64,000 bases of DNA from Chloroflexota bacterium (lineage in GTDB: Bacteria; Chloroflexota; Dehalococcoidia; JACPPT01): positions 2,370 through 66,369 of the forward strand of contig JACPPT010000063.1 in assembly GCA_016190815.1 (NCBI GenBank), in the 5' to 3' direction. The notes under the pieces were generated by a model, which saw only the letters and a program-made list of their open reading frames with translations, was not told the DNA's origin and ran no database searches. Both the position numbers and the translations under genes were made by a program. This document shows, one piece after another, positions 34,155-42,999 of the stretch. Numbering within the stretch: the first letter of the stretch is position 1; each line of letters begins with the position of its first letter.

Positions 34155-34707
34155 CCCCCACCTGAATCCTCTCCAGGGCCGAAAGCAACTCCCATTCGCC
34201 ATAAAATGGCCCCACTTTGACAAAACGAATTATCCCATTTCTATCAATGAGAAAGCTCGTGGGAATGCCCAGAATTCTGTACTGCTCTGTAACCTTCTGT
34301 GCTCTGTCCAAGAGAACGGGGAAGGATAGCTGAAAATCCCTGACAAAGGCCCTGACTGTTCTTTCATCTTCGCCTACATCTACGCCCAGGATCACAAGAC
34401 CTTCAGAAGCCTTATCTCTATGAACCTTCTCCAAGATAGGCATTTCGGCGCGGCAGGGGCCACACCACGTGGCCCAGAAGTTGACCAGCACTGGTCTTCC
34501 CCTCAATTCGCTCAGGCTTAGAGTGTTGCCATCCAGACTGGCCAGGCGGAAGTCTGGAGCAACGAGAGAGGAGTTGCGGGCCCCATCGTTGCAGCCCGAA
34601 ACTAGCAGCAGACCGAGAACGCCTATTGCAAACAGGGTGAGCTTCCATATTCTCCCATAAGAACGATGCGACCTACCCCACGTTGTTTTCCCCAACTTTC
34701 GGAGCAC
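34087..34707 (-). CDS. TlpA/ResA-family thiol-disulfide oxidoreductase lipoprotein
   Basis: Lipobox LLVSGC and WATWCGPC active site. The 3' end overlaps the convergent recJ by 68 nt. Confidence 0.85.
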   Translation of the reverse strand: MLRKLGKTTWGRSHRSYGRIWKLTLFAIGVLGLLLVSGCNDGARNSSLVAPDFRLASLDGNTLSLSELRGRPVLVNFWATWCGPCRAEMPILEKVHRDKASEGLVILGVDVGEDERTVRAFVRDFQLSFPVLLDRAQKVTEQYRILGIPTSFLIDRNGIIRFVKVGPFYGEWELLSALERIQVGATQQRLYPEGLAQGPPRLQSGW

Positions 34708-34983
34708 CTAGCGACCCCTCTCCAGCAACTCCATGGCCTCACGAAGTCTGGACTCTCCCACATAGGAAACAATGGTTATTTCGCCGTCCAGGACTACCAC
34801 CGGAATAGATTCTTTGTATTTTTCAAAGAGCGATGAATCGTTAGTTATGTCTATTTCCTCTATCCTCAAAGAAAATTCGCTTGCCAGCCTCTCCAGACGA
34901 GCCCTGGCTTCCGCACAAAGGTGGCAACCCTCCTTCGTGTAGAGGACGGCCGTATGTGTCTTTAAAGGTCCGCCCAATCCCAT
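34708..34983 (-). CDS. glutaredoxin-like small thioredoxin-fold protein
   Basis: VLYTKEGCHLCAEA CxxC motif followed by IPVVVLDG. 91 aa. Confidence 0.75.
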   Translation of the reverse strand: MGLGGPLKTHTAVLYTKEGCHLCAEARARLERLASEFSLRIEEIDITNDSSLFEKYKESIPVVVLDGEITIVSYVGESRLREAMELLERGR

Positions 34984-35115
34984 CTTATCTTAATTCCCTC
35001 TCTTTATATTATGAATCAAAGCCTGCCCCAAGAGAACTGCATACATTCTATTGAGCAGGAGCTTTCGGGTCAATCCTCGTAGCGACAAGCATATGCGTTG
35101 ACGGCCCGTGAAGCC

Positions 35116-35240
35116 AATTAGATTGAATCTGTAGGTCGGGTTTCCTAACCCGACTGTCGCGGGCAGGCAGGCTTCGCCCTTGAGGGCTCAAGCCCGAAGG
35201 GTTGGGAAACCTGCCCTACGGGGGTCAATCGCTGTTTTTA
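35116..35240. mobile_element. MITE-like repeat, family 1, copy C (with nested 30-bp insertion)
   Basis: Same hairpins and right terminus as copy A. Contains an extra 30 bp (35171-35200) inside the second hairpin. Flanked by 26-bp direct repeats at 35090-35115 and 35247-35272. Confidence 0.7.
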
Positions 35241-35254
35241 GGGACTCACATGCG

Positions 35255-35284
35255 TTGACGGCCTGTGAAGCCGAGGTGTAGAAT
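35255..35284 (+). promoter_or_regulatory. candidate valS promoter (TTGACG-18-TAGAAT)
   Basis: -35 at 35255-35260 lies inside the duplicated 26-mer. -10 at 35279-35284. ATG at 35314. Confidence 0.5.
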
Positions 35285-35313
35285 ATTCAAGTTAACCTCA
35301 AGGAAGTCCAAAG

Positions 35314-38004
35314 ATGACTGAAGCGCGCTCCAAGAATGCAGATATGCCCAAGGCCTACGAACCAGAGCTGGTGGAAAAAAGGCTCTACGAGTTCTGGCTG
35401 GAACGGCGCTACTTTACTCCCTCCGTTGACACTTCCAAGAAGTCTTTCGTCATCATAATGCCCCCTCCAAACGTAACAGGCGAGCTCCACCTAGGCCATG
35501 CCCTCACAGCAACGCTGGAGGACATTATGATACGCTGGCACAGGATGAGGGGCGACCACGCCCTCTGGCTTCCAGGGACAGACCACGCAGGCATAGCAAC
35601 CCAGGTGGTGGTAGAGCAGATGCTGTCCAGGGAAGGGGTCACCCGCCATGACCTGGGGCGGGAAAGGTTCGTGGAGAGGGTATGGGAGTGGGTCAGAAAA
35701 TACGGGCGCGTCATAGCCGAGCAGCACAAGAGGCTCGGTGCCTCCTGCGACTGGTCAAGGGAACGCTTCACCCTTGACGAGGGGCCCAGCTTGGCTGTGC
35801 GCACCACCTTCGTGAACCTGTACAAGAAACGCCTCATCTATCGCGGGGAACGCATCATAAACTGGTGCCCTCGCTGCTCCACCGCCCTATCCGACCTGGA
35901 GGTGGAACACAAGGAGCAAAACGACCACCTGTACTACATCCGGTACAAAATGGCAGATACAGATGGTTTCATCACAGTTGCCACCACTCGCCCTGAGACC
36001 TACCTGGGCGATACCGCAGTGGCCGTGAACCCTTCCGACCCTCGCTTTTCACACCTGCACGAGACAAAGGTCATCCTCCCATTTATAGAGCGCGTCATCC
36101 CCGTTATTACTGACGCAGCCGTGGATCCCACCTTTGGCACCGGGGCTGTCAAGGTTACCCCTGCCCACGACCCTGTGGACTTCGAGATAGCCCAGCGCTC
36201 CTCTCTGCCCTCGATCAAGGTCATAAATCCAGATGGCAAAATGAACGAGAACGCCGGGCCGTACGCGGGAATGGAGCGCTTCACCTGCCGGGAGAGCATA
36301 ATCATGGACTTGCGCAGGGAAGGATTTCTGGAAAAGGTGGAGCCATACGTTCACTCCGTAGGCCACTGCCAGCGCTGCAAAACCATCCTCGAGCCCATGG
36401 TCAGCAAACAATGGTTTGTGCAGATGAAAGACTTGGCTGCTCCAGCCATAGAGGCAGTAAAGAATGGAAGCATAAAAATCATACCTGAGAGGTACACCAA
36501 AGTATATCTGAACTGGATGGAGAACATCCGGGACTGGTGCATAAGCCGTCAGCTCTGGTGGGGACATCGCATCCCTGTCTGGTACTGTCGCGATTGCAAT
36601 GAAATCACCACGGCAATGAAGGACCCGGAATCCTGCGAACACTGCGACTCCAAAAACATCTATCAGGACCCCGACGTGCTGGATACCTGGTTCAGCTCCG
36701 CCCTATGGCCTCATTCCACTCTGGGCTGGCCCAAAAAGACCGAGGACTTTCGCTATTTCTATCCGACCACTGTTATGGAAACGGGCTACGACATTCTTTT
36801 CTTCTGGGTTGCCAGGATGATCATAATGGGATTGGAGAACACAGGGCATATTCCGTTCAGCACCGTTTATCTCCACGGCCTTATCAGGGATGAGCGGGGG
36901 GAGAAGATGAGCAAGGTCAGGGGCAACGTCCTTAACCCTCTGGACGCCATTGCGCAGTACGGGACAGATGCCCTGCGTTTTGCCATCACCACAGGCACCT
37001 CACCGGGAAACGACACCCGTCTGAGCCCTAGTAAGCTGGAGGCTGGCCGCAACTTCGCCAATAAGCTCTGGAACGCCGCCCGCTTTGTCATCTCCAGCGT
37101 AGAGGGAAAGCCCATCTCTAACTGGCGCTCTCCTTCGGGAGACGGCCACATAGAGGACGGCTGGATTCTGAGCAGGTTAAACAGGGTTACCGCACGGGTC
37201 AATCACCTTATCGAGGAGTTTGAGTTCGGCGAGGCTGAACGAGAGCTTCACGATTTCCTGTGGGGCGAGTTCTGTGACTGGTATATCGAGATGGCCAAGC
37301 TCCGGTTGAAGATGCCGGAAAAACAGTACCCCTCACCCATCCCGGTTCTAGTTCACACCTTGGAAAAGGTGCTGCGCCTCCTTCATCCCTTCATGCCCTT
37401 CATCACCGAGGAGCTATGGCAGAACCTCACAAGGCGTCTGCCCGAGCGGGAAGGCCTTCCTGACTCCATAATGATTGCGCCTTACCCTGTCGCCGAAGAA
37501 AAAGCCCTGGATAGCAAGGCGGAGATGGAAATCGAGGCCGTTATTGATGCTATCCGAGCCATCAGGAATGCCCGAGCGGAGCTGAGGATAGCCCCCGCTC
37601 AGTTGCTGGGGGCTACCCTGAACGCCGGGGCTTTTAAACCCGTCTTCGAGAAGGAAGCCCCCGCCATCCACACCCTCGCAAGGGTCAAACCCCTGCTCAT
37701 TTTGGGCGAGGGCGAAGAAACTCCGTCCCCCCAGGGTGCTTTGACTCTGGTGCAAGCCAGAGCAGTAATCGTCCTGCCCCTCGCTGGAATCGTTGACCTT
37801 AACGCGGAGAGGAAGCGCCTCGATGAGGAAAAGGCAGAGTGCCAAAAAAACATCGCAGGTCTCGAAGCCAGACTTGCAGACCATCAGTTCCTCTCCAAGG
37901 CACCCGCCGAGGTGGTGGAGCGAGAGCGCCAGAAGTCAAAGATGCTTCAGGAAAGGCTTTCAAAGCTAGAAGAGCGTTTGTCTCAACTCCCCAAGAATCC
38001 ATAA
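35314..38004 (+). CDS. valS: valine--tRNA ligase
   Basis: Class I HIGH (PNVTGELHLGH) and KMSKS (KMSKVRGN) motifs plus a C-terminal coiled coil. 896 aa. Confidence 0.95.
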   Translation: MTEARSKNADMPKAYEPELVEKRLYEFWLERRYFTPSVDTSKKSFVIIMPPPNVTGELHLGHALTATLEDIMIRWHRMRGDHALWLPGTDHAGIATQVVVEQMLSREGVTRHDLGRERFVERVWEWVRKYGRVIAEQHKRLGASCDWSRERFTLDEGPSLAVRTTFVNLYKKRLIYRGERIINWCPRCSTALSDLEVEHKEQNDHLYYIRYKMADTDGFITVATTRPETYLGDTAVAVNPSDPRFSHLHETKVILPFIERVIPVITDAAVDPTFGTGAVKVTPAHDPVDFEIAQRSSLPSIKVINPDGKMNENAGPYAGMERFTCRESIIMDLRREGFLEKVEPYVHSVGHCQRCKTILEPMVSKQWFVQMKDLAAPAIEAVKNGSIKIIPERYTKVYLNWMENIRDWCISRQLWWGHRIPVWYCRDCNEITTAMKDPESCEHCDSKNIYQDPDVLDTWFSSALWPHSTLGWPKKTEDFRYFYPTTVMETGYDILFFWVARMIIMGLENTGHIPFSTVYLHGLIRDERGEKMSKVRGNVLNPLDAIAQYGTDALRFAITTGTSPGNDTRLSPSKLEAGRNFANKLWNAARFVISSVEGKPISNWRSPSGDGHIEDGWILSRLNRVTARVNHLIEEFEFGEAERELHDFLWGEFCDWYIEMAKLRLKMPEKQYPSPIPVLVHTLEKVLRLLHPFMPFITEELWQNLTRRLPEREGLPDSIMIAPYPVAEEKALDSKAEMEIEAVIDAIRAIRNARAELRIAPAQLLGATLNAGAFKPVFEKEAPAIHTLARVKPLLILGEGEETPSPQGALTLVQARAVIVLPLAGIVDLNAERKRLDEEKAECQKNIAGLEARLADHQFLSKAPAEVVERERQKSKMLQERLSKLEERLSQLPKNP

Positions 38005-38089
38005 CGTTTGATTAAAGGGTTTCACGGGCTAAGCCCTCTGGTGCACTATGAGAGGTAAAACTAAAGGGCAATTGTTCAACAATTGAGCG

Positions 38090-39058
38090 TCAGAAGGAAA
38101 CGGATGCTCCTATTCCCCTCTCCTTTGCGAGCTCGTAAATCCGCAAAGCTACGGATATATCCCATGCACCTATACCCTGACACTCGAAAAGGGTTATGTC
38201 TTCCTCACTCTGCCGTCCCTTGACACGCCCAACTACCACATCGCCCAGCTCGCGCACCTGTCCCCAGTTGATGATGCCCTTCTCTATAGGCACCATCAGA
38301 TCACCACACTCCCCTTTGGCGTTTTCCAGGGAGTCCACTATTATGACATCGCTCTTCTTTACGGTTATCTCGTCGACCTCCCGCCTTGTTAACGTGCCCG
38401 ATCCCATGGCACTGATATGAACGCCCTCTCCCAAAAGCTCGCCATCGAAGACAGGCTTAGCAGAGGTAGTGGCTGTGACAATTATATCCGAATCCTTTAA
38501 CACCTCTTTCGGACTATCCACAGGAATGACCTCTGCCCCCAGCAGATGTGTCATCTCACGGCAGAAGGCCTTCTGTTGTCTTGCCAGGTCAATGCTATAT
38601 GCCTTAACCTTACGAATATTTCTTACAGCACAAATTGCCTCTAGCTGCGTCCTGGCCTGCCATCCCGTGCCGAAAACGCCAACGGTATGAACATTGCGGC
38701 GAGCCATATACTTAGTGGCGACCCCTGTAGCCGCTCCAGTCCGAATCTGTGTCAGAATTCGAGCCTCCATCACAGCAAGAAGCTCGCCCGTGGCCGTGCT
38801 GTATAGCAAGACATGGAGCCCACCAAGCCCACCGCTCTTTTTGAAGGATGAGGTGGAGACCTTGTACCCCATTGCACCCATCGCTGGCAGAGCGGCAGAT
38901 TTCATAGTGAGCACGCCCTTTCTTACCCTGAGTCGGGATGTGCCACCGTTGACCATCCAGCCCAGCCCCTGTTCCCTGCTGGCATCCTCCACCGCCTGAA
39001 GAGCCATCTTCATATCAAGCACCCGGGCCACATCCGATTCCTTAAGCACAATCGCCAT
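38090..39058 (-). CDS. ornithine cyclodeaminase/mu-crystallin family protein
   Basis: VGVFGTGWQARTQL Rossmann motif and family-typical length. Start set at ATG 39058, after AGGAGGA. Confidence 0.85.
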   Translation of the reverse strand: MAIVLKESDVARVLDMKMALQAVEDASREQGLGWMVNGGTSRLRVRKGVLTMKSAALPAMGAMGYKVSTSSFKKSGGLGGLHVLLYSTATGELLAVMEARILTQIRTGAATGVATKYMARRNVHTVGVFGTGWQARTQLEAICAVRNIRKVKAYSIDLARQQKAFCREMTHLLGAEVIPVDSPKEVLKDSDIIVTATTSAKPVFDGELLGEGVHISAMGSGTLTRREVDEITVKKSDVIIVDSLENAKGECGDLMVPIEKGIINWGQVRELGDVVVGRVKGRQSEEDITLFECQGIGAWDISVALRIYELAKERGIGASVSF

Positions 39059-39115
39059 GGCGCTTCCTCCTGCAAATGCAATAGCCCGTAGAGACATTAT
39101 GTTGGGAAATGGGGC

Positions 39116-40405
39116 TCATTTACCAGAGACAGGAACTGCGCTCTCCGGCACAACCTGCGGTTTCTTTGCCTGGATGACCAGCAAGGCCGTTGCTATGGAG
39201 ATAATAGCGAAAAAGACAAAGGTTCCACGATAGCTCTGGGTAACATCATACATATATCCCGCCAATATGGGCCCGATTATGGTTCCTATCATTTGAACCA
39301 TGGCATTCCAACCGAAGATCGTCCCGAAGGCCCTGCGTCCAAAATACTCCGCTCTCATAGCATGCTGAGTAGAAGCCATACCGCCATAGGCCGGAGCATA
39401 GAGGGCTAAAAATAGAGCACCCTGCCATAGGCTATGAGTGGTGGCGAAAATCAACATGCCCACTCCCACACCAACAAAGGTCAGTGCCCACATATGCCTC
39501 TTACTGAATCTGTCTGCCATCAAGCCAAATCCCAGTCTTCCGGTTATGCTCAAAAAAGCTATCAGGCTCACGAAGAGGGCTGCCATAGCTTCTGAGAAGC
39601 CTGCGCCCACAAGAAAAGGCATGGCATGTACTGCTACAGCGGAGGTTATCATCATTCTTATGGCATTGGCAGAAGCCATGAACCAGAAGGTTCGGGTTCT
39701 GAGGGCCTGTCTGGCGCTGAACTCCGCCTCTTCTTTATCTTCTTTCTCTTCCTTCTTCTCCTTGGCAGGGGCTGTTTCCCCGTCGGGCAGATAGCCGTAA
39801 GGCTCCGGCTTGTGCCTCATAACCATTGCGATGGGAATCGTCACAACCAGCACGCCCAGGCCGATAAACTGGGAAGCTCTTCTCCACCCCACCTCGTGAA
39901 TAAGCCACGTTATGACAAAAAGAACGATGCCACCCAGCCCCACCCCCGAATTGGTTATGCCAAAGGCCACCCCCCTTTTTCTTCGGAACCAGTTAGCCAC
40001 CGCCACATTGCTGGGGGTCGTTGTCCCCAGGGTAGACCCCAGAGCAATAAAAAGGACAAAAACCACATAAAGCTGAAGGAGAGAGGAGACTCGACTGAGC
40101 AAAAAGAAACCAATGCCCATCACAGTAATGCCCAGAAGCATCATCCTTCTGGGCCCGAACTTGTCCACAATGAACCCTTCTACGGGCGCAAAAAAGCCGC
40201 TTTCCAACCTCGCTAGAGACATAACCCCGGATATGGCCGTTCTGCTCGTACGAAACTCTTCAAGGAGAGGCAGGAAAAAGGCACCAAAGCCAAAGAAAAA
40301 AAGGCCTGCGTTGATGGTAAAGGCAAGACTTCCAGCTACAACAATCCACCAGCCATAAAAGATGCCCTTCTTTAAAGCAACCCTTTTTTCTTCCAACTCC
40401 ATCAA
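39116..40405 (-). CDS. MFS transporter (oxalate/formate antiporter-like)
   Basis: 12 predicted TM helices with a central charged loop (KEKKEEKEDKEE). Confidence 0.85.
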   Translation of the reverse strand: MMELEEKRVALKKGIFYGWWIVVAGSLAFTINAGLFFFGFGAFFLPLLEEFRTSRTAISGVMSLARLESGFFAPVEGFIVDKFGPRRMMLLGITVMGIGFFLLSRVSSLLQLYVVFVLFIALGSTLGTTTPSNVAVANWFRRKRGVAFGITNSGVGLGGIVLFVITWLIHEVGWRRASQFIGLGVLVVTIPIAMVMRHKPEPYGYLPDGETAPAKEKKEEKEDKEEAEFSARQALRTRTFWFMASANAIRMMITSAVAVHAMPFLVGAGFSEAMAALFVSLIAFLSITGRLGFGLMADRFSKRHMWALTFVGVGVGMLIFATTHSLWQGALFLALYAPAYGGMASTQHAMRAEYFGRRAFGTIFGWNAMVQMIGTIIGPILAGYMYDVTQSYRGTFVFFAIISIATALLVIQAKKPQVVPESAVPVSGK

Positions 40406-40519
40406 ATACTTCCCTGGTCCTTACACCCAAGCCTTTCTAATATCGGTAAAGGCAAGAGCACTAAATATAGAAAGACGCTCAGTCTAGAACGCCTCCCGTA
40501 AAAAGATGGCGCGAAGAAA

Positions 40520-41263
40520 TCATGGTTTTGGGCCTGCTGCATAGGCAGGCCTTGTCGGGAAGTCCACGGGCAACCCCTTGGATTGCCTCATGCTCTGTAA
40601 TAGATTAAGACCCTTCCTTGTGTCACTTGCCACCCTGGCGCTATCGCAATACTTGAGCCTGTATTTGAAAAGCCAGTAGGTGAACTCCTTGAGCTCGCCA
40701 AGGGATGCCGTCTTCAGATGCGGACGGCCTTTTTCGTCTCTGAACGTTCTGAGCAGGACGGACCTGGAAGCGCCATAGATTCTTCTGTACACCTCCTCCG
40801 AAAGGTCTCGATCCTCATTCATCCCGTTGCAGTGGCGTTCCTTTCGCACTTCACCCTCTACAGCCAGAATAAGAGCCTCCTCAACGACTACGCCGTAAAA
40901 ATAGTTGAGGTAGGCCCGGTATTTGGCGGCCCCGATGAGATGGCGGAACCTGCTCTCACTCAGCTCTATTGGTGGTTCCCCGAAAAATAGCAGGACGTTC
41001 CTCTCTTTCTCGGGAACCAGTCCATCAATGTCCTGACAAAGTCTCTCCGCCAGAAGAAGCCAGTCAAAAGCCTCGCCATCGATGAGGAAATCATACTTGC
41101 GCCCGTTAAATTCTACCCTCGGCGATGTCCAGAGCCCGATTGCCTCAAGCAGCGCAATGTACCAGTGTTTGCCAGAAGAGATAGAGCGCTTGAGCTGGCT
41201 TACGGCCTCCACATCACCGGACGACACTTTCTTTTGAACCTTTGAGCTAGCCATTTCTTCCAC
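40520..41263 (-). CDS. hypothetical protein (co-transcribed with polX)
   Basis: 247 aa with no recognisable motif. Its start overlaps the polX stop by 17 nt. Confidence 0.55.
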   Translation of the reverse strand: MEEMASSKVQKKVSSGDVEAVSQLKRSISSGKHWYIALLEAIGLWTSPRVEFNGRKYDFLIDGEAFDWLLLAERLCQDIDGLVPEKERNVLLFFGEPPIELSESRFRHLIGAAKYRAYLNYFYGVVVEEALILAVEGEVRKERHCNGMNEDRDLSEEVYRRIYGASRSVLLRTFRDEKGRPHLKTASLGELKEFTYWLFKYRLKYCDSARVASDTRKGLNLLQSMRQSKGLPVDFPTRPAYAAGPKP

Positions 41264-42995
41264 AAAACTCCAACAACTCCCTCAGGGGCCTTGTATTGAG
41301 GATATGTCTTGCTTCACACCAGCCCCTCCTCGCTGTAGCCACACCAAGACGCATAAGATTCAACTGAGCAATAGAATGGGCGTCTGTTGATACTACCAAT
41401 GGAACACCGAGGTCTTTAGCTCGCTGGATGTGAATATCCTTCAGGTCTAGACGCTGGGGCTGGCCATTTATCTCCATGGCGGTGTGAGTTTCCAGCGCCG
41501 CCTTGAAGACCGCCTCCATATCTATGTCCACAGGCTCCCTCTCACCTATGAGACGACAGCTTGGATGCGCCAAGATGTCCACATGAGGATTGGACATGGC
41601 CTTTATCACCCTTGCAGTAATCTTGGCCCTTTCTTGATTCATAGATGAGTGCACCGCAGCGACAACAACATCCAGTTCTCCCAGAAGTTCATCCGGGTAG
41701 TCTAAGCTGCCGTCAGCCCTTATGTCTACCTCAGTACCTACGAGTATGCGTATGCTTTTGAGCTTCCTGTTGAGTTCCTCTATTTTGGCAATCTGGCTCC
41801 GCAGACGTTCTTCGCTCAGGCCCCTGGCAATACCAAGGCCAGGGGAGTGTTCCGTTATGGCGATGTACTCATATCCTCTATCTCTGGCAGCAACAGCCAT
41901 CTCCTCCAGAGAGTTCTGTCCGTCGCTCTCTTTGGTATGGACGTGCAGGTCGCCCCGAATGTCTTTTACCTCCACAAATCTCGGTATAGCCCCCTTCTCC
42001 GCAAGCTCCACCTCCACGCCCCCTTCCCTGATCTCCGGGGGTATTAGCTGGAGGCCAAGTCTCTTGTAAAACTCCTCTTCTGTGGCAAACCTCTCAACTT
42101 CGCCCGTGGATAGATTGGTTATGCCGTATTCGCTGAGGCTCAGACCTCGCCTGCGGGCCCACTCTCTTAGCACCACGTTGTGTTGCTTACTGCCGGTGAA
42201 ATACTGGATGAGCGCCCCGTAGGCATCATCCTCCACAATACGCAGGTCAACCTGAAGGCCGTCTCTGAGTACAACGCTGGCCTTCTTGGGACCCATCACC
42301 AGCACATCCACAACCTGAGGAAGCTGAGTGAAAGCCCTTATTGTCCCTTCGGGGTCATCGGATGTACCCATAAGGTCTATATCCCCGATTGTCTCTCTAA
42401 AGCGTCGCAGGCTCCCCGCAGGCTCTATACTGCGTATGTCCGTCCTCTGTCGTAGCTCGGCTATTATGTCATCCACTACAGGAAGCACCTGGCCTAAGGG
42501 GATGCGCTGATCCTTGGTTTTCATGGTCCTGATGTGGCGCAGTATATTCTCGGCCGTCTTCTCTCCCATTCGAGGCAGGGATGCCAGCCGGCCGTCAAGA
42601 ATAGCCTTTTCTAGCTCCTCCACCGTGTTTATTCCTAGCTCTTTGGATGCGCGCATAGCGGTTTTGGGGCCTATCCCGGGCACATCCATAAGCCTGATGA
42701 TGCCCTCTGGAAACTCGCTCTTGAGCTCTTCGTAATATTTAAGCTTGCCTGTATCTAAAAGCTCCAGGATTTTTTTGGAGATGGCCTCTCCTATGCCTGG
42801 GATTTCCCTCAGGGCTTCTGTGCCACTCTCCTCCACGAGCTTTGACAGTTCAACAGGATGGTGCTCTATCGTCCTAGCCGCTTTCTGATAGGCCCTTATC
42901 TTGAAGGGTATTTCACCCTTAAGCTCCAGAAGACCAGCAATGTTTTCAAACACCTCAGCGATCTCTGAGTTTTTCACGGTAGAGCCTTCTGTCAT
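41247..42995 (-). CDS. polX: DNA polymerase/3'-5' exonuclease PolX (Pol beta-like domain plus PHP domain)
   Basis: N-terminal [29 protein letters not shown] HhH region, [13 protein letters not shown] nucleotidyltransferase motif, and C-terminal PHP (DLHVHT). Start is ATG 42995 or ATG 43010. Confidence 0.88.
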   Translation of the reverse strand: MTEGSTVKNSEIAEVFENIAGLLELKGEIPFKIRAYQKAARTIEHHPVELSKLVEESGTEALREIPGIGEAISKKILELLDTGKLKYYEELKSEFPEGIIRLMDVPGIGPKTAMRASKELGINTVEELEKAILDGRLASLPRMGEKTAENILRHIRTMKTKDQRIPLGQVLPVVDDIIAELRQRTDIRSIEPAGSLRRFRETIGDIDLMGTSDDPEGTIRAFTQLPQVVDVLVMGPKKASVVLRDGLQVDLRIVEDDAYGALIQYFTGSKQHNVVLREWARRRGLSLSEYGITNLSTGEVERFATEEEFYKRLGLQLIPPEIREGGVEVELAEKGAIPRFVEVKDIRGDLHVHTKESDGQNSLEEMAVAARDRGYEYIAITEHSPGLGIARGLSEERLRSQIAKIEELNRKLKSIRILVGTEVDIRADGSLDYPDELLGELDVVVAAVHSSMNQERAKITARVIKAMSNPHVDILAHPSCRLIGEREPVDIDMEAVFKAALETHTAMEINGQPQRLDLKDIHIQRAKDLGVPLVVSTDAHSIAQLNLMRLGVATARRGWCEARHILNTRPLRELLEFCGRNG

Positions 42996-42999
42996 AGTC

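Noticed and set aside
34984-35313. T-box leader or riboswitch upstream of valS
   Set aside because: No T-box consensus (AGGGTGGTACCGCG-like) or specifier-loop architecture was found. The structured sequence is accounted for by the MITE copy and its nested hairpin.
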